The notes beneath the pieces were generated by a model that did no database searches, had not been told where the DNA came from, and worked only from the letters and a program-made list of their open reading frames with translations. Source: Octopus vulgaris (Eukaryota). Taken from it: a stretch of DNA of 64,000 bases. The number at the start of each line of letters is the position of its first letter. Position 1 is the first letter of the stretch. A program made the translations under genes and the position numbers. This document shows positions 12,228 through 25,797 of this stretch, one piece after another. The stretch is from assembly GCA_951406725.2 (NCBI GenBank), contig OX597818.1, positions 65,100,001 through 65,164,000 of the forward strand, in the 5' to 3' direction.

Positions 12228-12765
12228 CCAGTCCTTCCGTGAAATCCGGCTTTGTGCAGCTACCGGCGAACAGTCTTTGAGGAAACTGGATTCTCGAAGG
12301 TGGTCATTAAGCCCTGCAGTAAATTTGGGAGCTGTACTTTTGTGATCCTTTCTAAGAATTCGCGTAAGAGTCCAACGGTCCCTATCTGAAAGTTTGGGTT
12401 TTCTTCCGGAGTTTTGTTTTGACTAGGGGATTTTTCCCACTTTCTCAAAGTCTGTCATTACTTTCGAGAGAGTACTTCTTGATACACCAAACATTTCAGC
12501 TGTTTTTGTTACGCTAGCGCTTGCCATACGAACACCAACTGTTTGACCTCTTTGAAAGTCCGATACATCTGTCATTTTAATGAATTTTAATTTCCTTTTT
12601 CTGATGATATCTGAAAAGAAACAACAATTTTTAGCAAAACATATTAAGCAACACGGATAATAAATCAAAACACATGAAAATGAAGAAGCTTTTGATGGTT
12701 TTATAGATGTTTGTAAATTATGATGTTATGATCCTAGGTGTTTCCATTATTTTGTCCAAATGCAG
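12228..12765 (-). mobile_element. Tc1-like transposon left end with N-terminal paired-type HTH of the transposase
   Basis: MTDVSDFQRGQTVGVRMASASVTKTAEMFGVSRSTLSKV..KQNSGRKPKLSDRDR..ENPVSSKTVRR. TIR-like TTGGACAAAATAATGGAAACACCT at about 12736-12759. Confidence 0.85.
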
Positions 12766-12789
12766 GATTTCTAGATCGCTAGTCACTAA

Positions 12790-12955
12790 GCCTTTTTTTA
12801 AATTTTTCTCTCCCTGTTTATTTATGTATTCTTTTCGGTCGAAGAGTGTAGACTCGAAACGTAAACGACTTTCTCCCTTCCCCAGCGTTAAAATAATACA
12901 TCTCTTTGCTGTTTACGCACCCGTCTTCGTCTTTTGCTTTTTTTGGTAAATTCCT
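12790..12955 (+). repeat. Short Penelope-pLTR-like repeat with variant hammerhead motif (family 2)
   Basis: Related copies at about 13500-13680 (+), 54095-54230 (-) and 61085-61230 (+), each next to a dinucleotide tract. Confidence 0.55.
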
Positions 12956-12983
12956 ATCTCTTTCTCGGTCTCTCTCCCTCTCC

Positions 12984-12984
<1 letters not shown>

Positions 12985-13055
<71 letters not shown>
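12985..13055. repeat. (CT)n(TA)n microsatellite
   Basis: Direct observation. Confidence 0.95.
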
Positions 13056-13058
<3 letters not shown>

Positions 13059-13448
13059 ACAAACTGAGGAAAATAAATCCTTCAAAGGGTTGTGTTAAAC
13101 ATCCAATTCACTGGTATGTTAGTTGGATACCATATAAATATTAGCATAATTCAATTATAGAGATAAATTAAATATAGATATATACTATTGATAATCCAAT
13201 AATTTATTTATATTACATTACACTAAATACTGAATATAATGTAATATAATATTATATAACATAAACACTTACAAAAACCATAAAAGGCCAATTATTTTTT
13301 CCTGATATTCATAATAACAATTCAGTTATATATAGAGTCACTGCAGTGTCATGGCTTAGAAAAAGACGAAATTCCGCGTGAAAGGACGGCTGGACTGTAA
13401 TATAAATAAATTGTTGGATTGTCAATAGTATATCTCTATATTTCATTT

Positions 13449-13504
<56 letters not shown>

Positions 13505-13672
13505 CCACTACACACATTTTTTTCTCTCCTTGTTTTTTTCTGTGTCCCTTTCTGTAGAAAAGCGTAGGCTCGAAACGTAAAATATTTTTTCTATTCCTGA
13601 GCGTTATACTAATACATCTGTTTGTTTTGTACACCACATGTTTTCGTCTTTTGGTTTTTTTTCGCAAACTCT

Positions 13673-13719
<47 letters not shown>

Positions 13720-13726
<7 letters not shown>

Positions 13727-13895
13727 GACCGTCTTCCTTGAGTTTCCGTTTACCAAATCCATTCACAAGGCTTTGGCAGATCCGAGGCTATAGTAGAAAG
13801 ACACTTGCCCAAGGTGCCACACAGTGGGACTTCACCCGGGGTCATATGGTAGGGAAGCACGCTTCTTACTACACAGCCAGTCCCGCGCCTATCCA
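13720..13895 (-). mobile_element. SINE family A, 5' half
   Basis: Reverse complement of the head and core: AGACACTTGCCCAAGGTGCCAC..CACACAGCCAGTCCCGCGCCTA. Confidence 0.85.
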
Positions 13896-14672
13896 CACAG
13901 TCACTTACACACAAGTTGATAAGTGGATAAGTGAGAAAGAAATAGAGAGAGAGAGAGAGGTAAAGATGCTTTTAAAACAATGACTAAAATGAATTTGACA
14001 TCTGGGATAGTCATTGACTTCAACAAGCTGATCACGTGAATACAATTCTGTCTCTTTTTGTCTTTCTGTCTTTCTTTCTTTATCCCTTTCTTTCCGTCTC
14101 TACATCTATGTTTTCTTTTTTTCTCTTTCCTTTCTTTCGTCCTCTTTTTCGTTCTTTCTGTCTTTCTTTGGATCTATTTTCTTTCTTTCTTTTCTCGTTC
14201 TTTCATTACTTTCTTCCTAACTTTCTTTCTCTATTTCTTTCATCTGCCTTTCTCCCACTGATCATGACCTCAAAAATTCCCAACACAGACATACTTACAC
14301 AGTTACAAAGACACATAGAAATCTTAAAAACACAAAAAACAACAAAAGTAATAACTGACAGTTCAAACATCTTCATCTACGAAACTCCTGACCATAAAAA
14401 GGCAATAAAGCCATTTCAAAAAACACATGGCCTTCTTTCTCTCTTTCTCTCATTTTCCCTTTCTTCTTCCTTTCATTCATTCTGCCTTCGTTTTTGTTCC
14501 CATTTTCTATTTTGTCATTTCTGCCTTCCTGCTTCTTTTTCTGTTTTTTCCCTCGTTTTTATCTTCCACTGGCCGAGCCTCCAAGGGTTCGCCGCACACA
14601 TGGTTACACGAATATACGTGTGCACACATATATACGCATGCGTATATACATACGCTTATATATAAACTGGCA

Positions 14673-15055
14673 TAGGCGCAGGAGTGGCTGTGTGGTAAGT
14701 AGTTTGCTTACGAACCACATGGTTCCGAGTTCAATGCCACTGCATGGAACCTTGGGCAATTGTCATCTACTACAGCGACGGGCCGACCAAAGCCTTGTGA
14801 ATGGATTTAGTAGACGGAAACTGAAAGAATCCCGTCGTATATATGGGGGGGTGCTGTATGTGTATGTGTTTATTTGTGCGCCTGTGTTTGCCCCCACCTC
14901 GATTTTGGAGGGTTTACGTCCCCGTAATATATATATACAGGTCGATAGAATAAGTACTAGGCTTACAAAGAATAAGTCCTGTTGTTGATCAGTTCGACTA
15001 AAGGTGGTGCTCCAGCATGGCCGAAGTCAAATGAATGAAACGAATAAAACAATAA
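14673..15055 (+). mobile_element. SINE family A, full length
   Basis: TAGGCGCAGGAGTGGCTGTGTGGTAAG (A-box-like), GAGTTCAATGCC (B-box-like), CCTTGGGCAA core, tail GGTGCTCCAGCATGGCC. Confidence 0.9.
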
Positions 15056-15464
15056 AACATTATAGATAACAAAAACAAACAAAAACAAAGACAAGATAAA
15101 GCAATAAAACATTGTCTTAGAGATATATATGAAAAGCGAAAACAAAAATTCTGAACTAGATGACACCTTATGAGTCTTCGAAACGGACGAGATGAAACCG
15201 AACCGGACATGATGAAAGCGTTTATAAATAATTATAAAAATTCTATCGCTTTTTTCTTAATATATAAAATCTATACACCACTTCAAACAATCTCAACATT
15301 TATCTATACATATATACATATGTGTGTGTGTGTGTTTGTGCGCGTGCGTATGTGCGTGTACGCCCTCATATGTGTGTGCGTGAGTATTAGACCTGTATGT
15401 GTATATATTTGTGTGTGTGTGCATACATATATTTATATACATGTATCTATACGCATTCTTTTTA

Positions 15465-15845
15465 TTCTTTTATTTAGCTTCAGTCATTTTAGTGTGGCCA
15501 CGCTGGAGCACCGCCTTCATTCGAACACATCGACCACAGGACCTATTATTTGTAAGCCTAGTACGGGATTATTTGCCAAACCGCTAAGTTACGGGGACGG
15601 AGTCACGCCAATATCGGTTGTCAAGAGATGGCGGGGAGCAAACACAAACACACAAGCATATACACCCACACGCATACACACACGCACACGAACACACACA
15701 CACACACACGCACACATATATATATATATGACGGGACTCTTTCACTTTCTGTCTACCAAATCCACTCACAAGGTTTTAGTGGGACTGAACTCGGGACCAT
15801 GTTGTTGGTAAGCATGCCACCTATCAAACAGCCACTCCCATGTAT
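15465..15845 (-). mobile_element. SINE family A with internal deletion
   Basis: Reverse-complement family motifs throughout. Confidence 0.85.
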
Positions 15846-15865
15846 GTATCTATAAATACATAGGT

Positions 15866-15942
<77 letters not shown>

Positions 15943-16671
15943 ATATACGGGGTGCTCCAAACGTGAGGCTGTATCTGAACGAAAATATATGAAATACCGT
16001 CTGGCATCATGAACACAAACATATAGCAGTAAGAATATAGACAATATACACAACACTAATTTCTTTACTAGTGTAGTCAAAGTGTTGCGCTGTTCTGCTC
16101 TAAGTCTTTAATAGAATGTATTTTAAGTGTTGCAGTTGGAATAGAATTTTTTTACATGTCTACGAATCGTAAAACATTACATTTTGCTCGTCTATTTCTA
16201 ATGTTTTTTTCTTGTGTTTCGTTCTGTTGACCTTTCCATCAGTTACCATTTTAGTAGTTTCTCAGAAAATACTGAATCTTAAATGTCTTCATAATATATT
16301 ATGATTCGTTGGATGCTCGGTAGTTCCATGTTTTACGGGCATTTCTTCTATGAAAATAATTGCTTCAAGTATTATGCTATCCGCACAAAAGTTTACGAAT
16401 TGCTTAAGAGTCTGCATTCTGTTTTGATTTCCTTCTGTCCCGTAAGAGAATGAAAATAGTCATACCACCTTTACTTCACAAAAAGTATAACACTCCAGTT
16501 AATGCTTTGTCTTCATAAATGATATTTTATTGAGACACATCGTCGGATTTTTGTGCTTTTCGACACTGTTTACAATTTTGCTGAAATTGTTTGAAAATTT
16601 GGTATAGGAATTATGTTTTGTATACTAATTATGAAAATGAAATATTTTTTCCTATAAATCTACAATTAAAA

Positions 16672-17040
16672 AGTGGCCGTGGTAATTAGCTTGCTTACTA
16701 ACGACGTGGCACCTTGGGCATGTATCTCCTACTATAGCCTCGGGCTGACCAAAGACTTGTAAGTGGACTTGGTAGACGGAAACTGAAAGAAACCCGTCGT
16801 ATACATGTATACTTACATATATGTATGTGTGTGTATGTTTGTCCTCGCCACATCACTTGACAACCGATGCTGGTGTGTTTACGTCCCTGTAACCTAGCGG
16901 TTCGGCAAAAAGCGACCGATGGAATAAGTACTGAGCTTGCAAAAAGAATAAGTCACGGGGTCGAGTTGCTCGACTAAAGGCGGTGCTCCAGCATGGCCGC
17001 AGTCAAATGACTGAAACAAGTAAAATAGTAAAAGAGTAAT
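16672..17040 (+). mobile_element. SINE family A
   Basis: GGCACCTTGGGCA..GACGGAAACTGAAAGAA..GGCGGTGCTCCAGCATGGCCGCAGTCAAATGACTGAAACAAG. Confidence 0.9.
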
Positions 17041-17049
17041 GAGTAAATA

Positions 17050-17410
17050 GATGGAGAGACGGAAATTTCTATTTCCGAAGTAGCCAAAGCAAAGAAGCAC
17101 CACGTGATGCATAGCTCATTGCGAAGAACTGTCTGCAAAGTAACCAAAGATGTAGCGCATGCGCACAAGCAAGAGGAGGAGATATGAGAAAGGTAATTTA
17201 TTTCATAAAATCCTAGTTTAGTGTTTTGAAATGCCAATGCCCCATCATTCGGATGACGGAAACGGCAGCGAACGTGCTGTTTTCTGATTGGTTGAGAATT
17301 TCGATAATTTTCAATCTTTGAATACCGGTAATATTTTTGCAACATTTTGCAAAATTTTTCCAGAATAAATGAATAACAAATTCGGATTCTGCGTCAGAAA
17401 TTACATCTGT
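17050..17410. repeat. Non-autonomous DNA-transposon-like repeat; inverted relative at about 26810-27550
   Basis: AAGAAGCACCACGTG..ATTGCGAAGAAC and TTCTGATTGGTT..GAATAAATGAATA..CGGATTC match reverse complements near 27490-27535 and 26820-26945. Confidence 0.55.
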
Positions 17411-17859
17411 ATTTTACATTACAATATATTTTTAAAGATAATCGTAAACAATGGCGGAAACTACAAAGATCCACAACATTGCTACAAAAGATATTTTGCT
17501 TTGTATTCCGATCGGCAATCCCAAATCCTTACCAGTTGTTAGAACTTTAAATACAATTAGCAGAACCTAATAACATACTGCGATACGTTTCAAGAGAATA
17601 CACACACGCACACACACTCATACAAACACACACACACACTAACACACACACACACGCACACACATATATACATACTTACATACTTAGATAAATTTCGCCA
17701 AGTATTGGCCCAGACCTTGTCTAACTAAATGGCCACTCCATGGGAAGGACGTTTAATGACGTTTCATATCACAGTCGTTCTTTAGGCACCGTTAACCGCC
17801 GAAGTAAAAGGTTACGGTTTGCAGATATATAAAAGTTATTTGTGGTATTCTTCCAGGAA

Positions 17860-18300
17860 CCGTTTGCATGCTAACGTTTGCTTCGCTAATCTGTCTTCGT
17901 ATGTTGTTAAAATCAGCGAAGACATTTCAGGCGAAATAGTTCGGGGTCGATCAAATAAGTACCAGTTACGCACTGAGACCGACCTATCCGATATAATAAG
18001 ATCGGATTAATCAACGTCATCCCTTTGTCTGTCCTTGTTTGTCCCCTCTATGTTCAATCACTTGTGGGCCTTAAATGAAGAAATATTATGACCAATTTTG
18101 AAGTCGTTGAGCTGGCACACCGGGAAAAATGTATAGCGAAATTTCAACCGTACTTAGGTTTTCAGTTCAAATTCCAGTGAGATTAATTTTGCCTTTCATC
18201 TTTCGTGATTGCTATCAGATAGGTACCAGTGGTTCACTGGTGGATGTCGATCTAACTGACTTCCGAAGATGCTCGATTTGTAGCAGAGTTAGAAACCATT
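17860..18300 (+). mobile_element. Two degenerate SINE family-B copies
   Basis: TTCGGGGTCGAT..AAGTACCAGTTACGCACTG and TTTGCCTTTCATC..GTACCAG segments. Confidence 0.65.
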
Positions 18301-18412
18301 ATTATTCTTGTGGTAATTCCCCAGCACGTCTCTTTCGGCAAGGGGTATCCAACATAGCCCTATTCCTTTAATGTAATGGGAGTGAGTTTCAATGGCAGAA
18401 GATATGTGGAAC

Positions 18413-18839
18413 CAGAGCCGGATTAAGATCCATCGAGGCCCTAAGCACTTAAAAGATTTTGGCGCCCACATAAAAGATTATATAATTCAAAATATAAACA
18501 ATAACAACCCATAAAATGAATTTCTAATTTTCGAAACGAAACAAAACAGTAAGAGGGAAAATAATGTTTATTTTTTTATACTTCCGCTTTATATATATTT
18601 GAAAAGTTTCCTCCAACTTTTTTTGAATTGCAAATTCTTTGAACAGATCCTCAAAATTAAACTTAGGCAACACATCTGCAGCTATACTTGGCAGAGATAA
18701 AGGCATCCCGAATGTTATTTTAGCAAGTATAAAGTGATTTCTTTTGTCTCGTAAACCATTTACCATTTCTGTGATGCCCCCTTCTTTCCCCGATGCCGTA
18801 AGCACGTGTTTATGTAGCTTAATGGTTAATTCAGCACTG
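18413..18839 (-). mobile_element. Internally deleted hAT element with C-terminal transposase remnant
   Basis: Imperfect TIRs CAGAGCCGGATTAA and TTAATTCAGCACTG. Perfect 8-bp TSD TGTGGAAC (18405-18412, 18840-18847). LSLPSIAADVLPKFNFEDLFKEFAIQK resembles the end of the hAT dimerisation domain. Confidence 0.9.
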
Positions 18840-20379
18840 TGTGGAACATGTCGTCTGTGTGTGTGGATCCTTCAGCCGCTTGAAACCAACGCTAGTTTCT
18901 GATGATGTAAGCGAAACTATTACATTTTAGAACAGATGAACGGTGATAACATCACAGCAATTGCATTAGTCTAACTTATCAAATAAAAAACGTTATTTTG
19001 GTGTATATTCTCTATTCAGTCATATAAGTTGAATTTTTATGCACAATAATTTTCAGGTACCCTGTAGAATAAATTTCAAATAATTATTCTTCATTTAAAT
19101 TCGGTTTATTTATTGGTAACGGTAAGATCCATAGGCCAGGCTTCCGATATAGAATTGGTGTTTTAAATTTTTTAATTTAGCAATTAAAATTGCATAATAA
19201 ATCTGTAAGGCCCCTCTTTATATGTATATAATATATAATTAATTGTGTACGCACTCAATATTGTGTGTGTGTCTGTGAGCAAATGTGTGATATTCGGAAT
19301 AGCGTACGGAAGTATATGTAATGATGGCAATGTTGTTTATTCTAAGATTATCACTCACTGGTTAAACGCACTTATTCGTTTAAATCACTAGTTAGGTTTA
19401 GCAAATCTAGTGATCCCAATTTAATAACACCTTCCGTAATTATGCGTTTATCGAATGTTCTACTTTTACACGGGTTTAATGTGCGTTCCCCGTCGCTGCA
19501 ATTTTTATGCGTAAACTCTATTTCAAAGTAGCTCGGAATTTGACGGCGAAATGTGTGTCGATCCACAAAGAATGCAAGCGTTCATTGCAATACGGTTTAA
19601 TATTATGTTTATAAGTTTGGTCGACTTTCTGTTCGTTTGTCATTCTTGTTTTTCCAACAAGGAATGAGCGGTACAAAGTTTACTCAACATGTGAGTGTTG
19701 ATTTTCCCATAACATTCGATATAAATGCTGTCTTAATTGCCAAGAAAATGTGATACACGCTTGGCAATATGGTCCTTCGATTTAATAATATCGATTACCT
19801 TCAACAGCTCTCCATTGGTGATGGCATGCTCGCAACATATCATGAGGTGACAATTAGTGATTTGTGAGGTGACAATTTTAATTTACTGCCTTGAAAGGTG
19901 AGTAACAAAGGGAAAAAATGCTTTTTAAATGCAGTAATCCGTCGAATATTGCGGGTGTTACCTTTTAAAGCAACGCACGAAAGTTGAAATTCTGCGAACA
20001 GTACTGTAGCGTATATTTTTTGTATATTTACTTCTTTTATAAATGCCAAAAAAAAAAAAAAACAACACCATGGATGTAAGTTTAAAGAATAATAATAATA
20101 TATTAGGTCATATATAAAGAAACATAAGTTTGTTTTTGAAGTTTTGAAAATGTATTGTTACACAATTAGGAAGATATATTTTTCAACGCATAAATACTGA
20201 TAGAACAGTATAAAAAGGATGCAATCCTTACAGAGCAGAGAAATCTGCCAGCAATTAAGAGTATCAACGAATTGGAATCCAACTGCTTTGATCCATACAT
20301 ATAACTCGCAATAATTTTTTTTAGTGCCTTTATTTCGTTTGTCCGCTCACGCGTATATATACAAATATATATATATAGT

Positions 20380-20609
20380 TTATAAATAAAGCTACAAAGA
20401 CTTCACAAAAACTGTTACTCAGAGTTTCACGTTCCCGTTCGTCGGAGAGTTTTGGTTTCTCAAACAAAACCGATGAACGGGTATATGAAACTCTGAGGAA
20501 CAGTTTTTGTGATGCTTTTCCAGCTTTATTATTAAAGCGTATTACTCTACCTCCGGTATTCAAGTACTATATTTACCAACTTGTTTCACATTTATGTGCC
20601 TACTGTGGT

Positions 20610-20610
<1 letters not shown>
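20380..20610. repeat. Penelope-pLTR-like repeat with an inverted pair of hammerhead motifs (family 4)
   Basis: Minus motif at 20411-20450 and plus motif at 20470-20503. Relatives at about 28840-29100, 32940-33060 and 52380-52490. Confidence 0.6.
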
Positions 20611-20665
<55 letters not shown>

Positions 20666-20794
20666 CATTTTGAATTGATAAAAGGTGTTTATTTCTAATA
20701 TTTTATATATATATATTATATTGTGTGGAATTTGATTTAGTATTTTGAATTCTTTTTCCTTGTAAGTTTGGATTTAATTCCCTCAAATAATAAT

Positions 20795-21900
<1,106 letters not shown>

Positions 21901-22649
21901 AAATGTATTGTATATATGCATATACGTGTGTGGGGTGGTGTCTGTGTCTGTGTGTCTTATTTCTACTTCTGACAATCTATGTTGCTTTATATTTTCTTTT
22001 GCGTTTTTCAATCTGTAGTTATTGATAATTTATATACCTGTATTCTTGCCATGCTTTTATTTTTATCATAAATATGTCTTGTGTGACGTCGTTGGTTTTA
22101 AATTTATTCATAAAACTGATAAAATGAAGGATATATTGCTATAAATACGTTATTCCACACCCTGTCATTTGTGGTGTTTATTCAAGATTTTCAATTAATT
22201 CAACAATATTTGTCTCCCATGAGATTCTGTGTATTTAGGCCTTAGTATAAACAATGGTGATGGAATGTTGAAAATTATAATGTTAATCCAAACACAACAT
22301 AAGCAATGTAATTAAAGACTTATCTCTGAACTTAAATATGATTATTCTTTTTCTTTCGAAGGCTTCTTAGTAAGCGATAAATAGAAATCCCGAACGTGTC
22401 CTGCTAGTTTAGCGAAATAAATTATTACATTATATTGTCATATCAAAAATTGTATTCAACAAATCAAGTCACTGTCACATAGTATTAAAAAAAAGTCTTT
22501 TTGTTCACATTTCTCATATATTTTAATCTCTTTTTCTGAATGTTTTGTTTTCCGCTCACAAAATTATGCTCGAAATAAACGTAAGAATATTTTATATAAG
22601 ATTATTTTATATATCCACTATTTTTTATATCATTACGTTATTTTAGACA

Positions 22650-22819
22650 TAGGAGCAGGAGTGGCTGTGTGGTAAGTAACTTGCTTACAAATCAAATGGT
22701 TCCGGGTTCAGTCCCACAGTGAGGCAACTTGAGCTAGTGTCTTCTACTACAGCCTCGTACCGACCAAAGACTGTGAGTGGATTTAGTAGGCGGAAATTGA
22801 AAGAATCCCGTCGTATATT

Positions 22820-22859
<40 letters not shown>

Positions 22860-23100
22860 CGTGTGTGTGTGCGTGTGTGTGTGTGTATGCTTGTGTGTCT
22901 GTGTTTGTTCCCCCCCACTATCGCTTGACAACCGATGCTTATGTGAGTAAGTCCCCATAACTTAGCGGTTCGGCAAAACTGATCGATAGGATAAGTGCTA
23001 GGTTTACAAAATATTAGTCCATGGGGCTCGCTTTACTCGACTAAAGCCGGCGCTCCAGCATAGCCGAAGTCAGATGACTGAAACAAGTAAAAGAATGAAA
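22650..23100 (+). mobile_element. SINE family A, full length
   Basis: TAGGAGCAGGAGTGGCTGTGTGGTAAG..GGTTCCGGGTTCAGTCCCAC..GACTGAAACAAGTAAAAG. Confidence 0.9.
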
Positions 23101-24752
23101 TAATAAAAGAACATGAATGATTTGCGTGCATATCATTCCTCTGACTCTCATCAATTTCTTTTGGCTGCTGATTGTATTTCTACGCGTGGACGTAGTGTTT
23201 AGTGCCAACCACGACAGACCCCCTAAAATGTCCGCCTCAAAGTAGCAAAGATGAACAGGTAACAGAGTACAAGTAAGACAAGTACGTAAGAGGAATATCC
23301 AGAGACGCAACGCAATGATACACATCACACTATGAAGTGGATAGACAGATATCCGACTATAATTAATATTTCAGCTGCACTGGAAATCATTCCTTAACTG
23401 TTAGAATCATTAAAATTCATGTTCATATCACTCCAAAATTTGAAAATACAAAGTAGCAGCAAAGATTAATGAAGGCCATATTTCATTAAGGAAACCAGGC
23501 TTTCCCCTACATGATCATTGTACATAGCATGAAGTTTATGGTGAACATATACTTCACTGGGTCTTCCTGATAATCAACATTTTGCTTCAGATATTTTGGG
23601 GTCTTCATACATCGGCAGGATTATGAATAAAGTCGAAGGATGAGGACAAATATAAGAACTAGGGTTAGTGGGAAATAAGCAGAAATCTTCTTCGGAATTC
23701 CAATCCCCTTGAAGTTATCATCTTCATAGAAAATAAAGCATTTCAATTTAAATGAATAAAATAAAAAGCTGGAAACGATGTGACGTCCCCTGCATTCGGT
23801 CCAGGAAAATTGTACATTAAACGGAATAAACGTTCATACCAAGAAGACAAACATTGCATAAACTATAATGTAATAATACTTTAGTTTTAAACTAGACAGT
23901 GTTTGTCAAATTTTGTATTGAATATAGAACATTTATAGAAGCGATGCACGGAAATGAATGAATCACAGACGCTAAATTAATACTATTTGCCTAAGAAAGA
24001 TATTGTGAATAATGGTTCACTAGATAAATAATTTGATATCATTCGGTATCTACCTATTTTTAGTTCATGAACAATAGACTATATTAAATTGACTCTTAAC
24101 TATAAACTTCATAGATGTATTAGAAACTCGTTGTAATCATTGCAATATTTACAGATTTCCTCTGATTAAATCTCAATACTGATAGGAAATTCCAGCGTAG
24201 ATTAGACCAATTTAGAAAGTCATTTATTTAACAACTGTCTAGAAACAATTCTAATCGAATTACTGTTTGGTATTGTTCGTGTGACCAGTATTATCTTATT
24301 GTTGTACGCAACTAGATATCACGTCGTTAAACAATTATATTTGGATACACTCGTCTACTTCATAAATATCTCCTAATTGTCTGATTCATCAGGAAGTCTG
24401 TGAAATATGTTGGATACCTTCAAACGTACTAAACATACATTCTCCATGATATAGAAGACACGCTGTACTTTAATTTCAAATTCTTATTTGTGGAAATACA
24501 GATACACGTACAGCATTAGTGATATGTAAACAACGCCAACGATCATGTTATCCACCGTCTGTCTAATTTTCCGTGTCGCGAACCATTTATAAACTTCTTT
24601 CCGTATATCACATCGATACGAAAGTGAAGGGGTTTTTTTCTCTCGTATGTCTTACTTCATGAAGAAACAGTCATATGACGAGTTGCTTAGCGGCGTAGCG
24701 GCGGAGTTTATATATGTATCTATTGAAATGCGCAGATATCTATCTTATGAGA

Positions 24753-24982
24753 CGGCGGCGAGCTGGCTGAGACGTTAGCACGCCGGGCGAAGTGCTTCGC
24801 GGCATTTCGCCGGTCGCTACGTTCTGAGTTCAAATTCCGCCGAGGTCGACTTTGCCTTTCATCCTTTCAAGGTCGATAAATTAAGTACCAGTTACGCACT
24901 GGGGTCGATGTAATCGACTTAATCCGTTTGTCTGTCCTTGTTTGTCCTCTCTGTGTTTAGCCCCTTGTGGGTAGTAAAGAAA
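24753..24982 (+). mobile_element. SINE family B, young monomer with TSD
   Basis: Flanked by CAGATATCTATCTTAT(G/A)AGA at 24733-24752 and 24983-25002. Intact GTCGACTTTGCCTTTCATCCTTTC..GGTCGATAAA..GTACCAG segment. Confidence 0.92.
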
Positions 24983-25389
24983 CAGATATCTATCTTATAA
25001 GATGCCCACAGAGGCAGGGAGAAAGAGGAAAAGAGAGGGGGAAAATAGAAATTAAGAGGGAAATTGAAAGAAAGAAAGAAAGAAGGAAATCTCTAATCAA
25101 AAGTGACGCTTCTGCAATGATTTTGACGAGAATGTAATGCGAAAACACGGATTATGTCAGTTGGTAGCAGTAATGTAGTTTTTTTCTTTTTGTTGTTGTT
25201 GTGCAGTAGTTGTTGTGCAAAGGGAGATAATCATGAAGAGATCCTATCACTTGTTGTTGGGCAATACAAAAGTTACAAATTCTCATGAGATTAACTCGTT
25301 GGCTTATAAATACTGCTGGATTATTTCATGATACGTTATAATAAGATCGACTACAATGCAATGGAATCGTAATTTGGTTTCATATTACT

Positions 25390-25570
25390 GGGGAGTAGAG
25401 ATGTCAATTACATCGATGCCGGGGTTCCGCTGGTACGTATTTTATCGACTCTGAAAGGATGAAAAACATAATAGATCCCGGGGACATTTGAATTGCGAAT
25501 CTAAAGTGTGAAGAAATGTTGCTAAGCATTTTGTACGACGGCGTAACGATTCGGCTGGCTCCCCACCGTG
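25390..25570 (-). mobile_element. SINE family B, degenerate
   Basis: TTTATCGACTCTGAAAGGATGAAA..GCTAAGCATTT. Confidence 0.7.
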
Positions 25571-25625
25571 ACAGAACGAACATTTTTGAACACGCTTTAT
25601 AAGTCTTGTATAGAGGTTAACATTA

Positions 25626-25797
25626 CGAAAAATACCTTAGGAATGAGAACCCAGGTTCGAAATTTCCTCCAAGACACCTGATGAAGTCTGGAGAGTATAA
25701 CAGCCGAAACGTTGTGTTAAAAACAAAAAAGATGAGGACAAATAACCGTCAAATGTAAACAATGTACATAATTCCTCATCTCTTAAATATAGAACTG
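25626..25797 (+). mobile_element. Solo hammerhead module of the tRNA-head element
   Basis: GACAC CTGATGA A GTCTG..CAGCC GAAA CGTT GTGTT at 25673-25718. It ends at the family terminus AAATATAGAACTG. Confidence 0.8.

Noticed and set aside
14036-14665. 209-aa hydrophobic ORF resembling a membrane protein
   Set aside because: It is encoded by low-complexity CT/T-rich tracts, starts at a non-ATG codon and shows no domain signal.
19372-20049. Possible mariner transposase remnants (KKHFFPLLLTFQGSK); similar weak hints at about 15950-16600
   Set aside because: Only a few residues resemble the family, and I could not find catalytic motifs or TIRs.
23113-23244. Short ORF with a hydrophobic, signal-peptide-like stretch
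   Set aside because: It is about 40 codons, begins right after a SINE tail and has no supporting exon structure.
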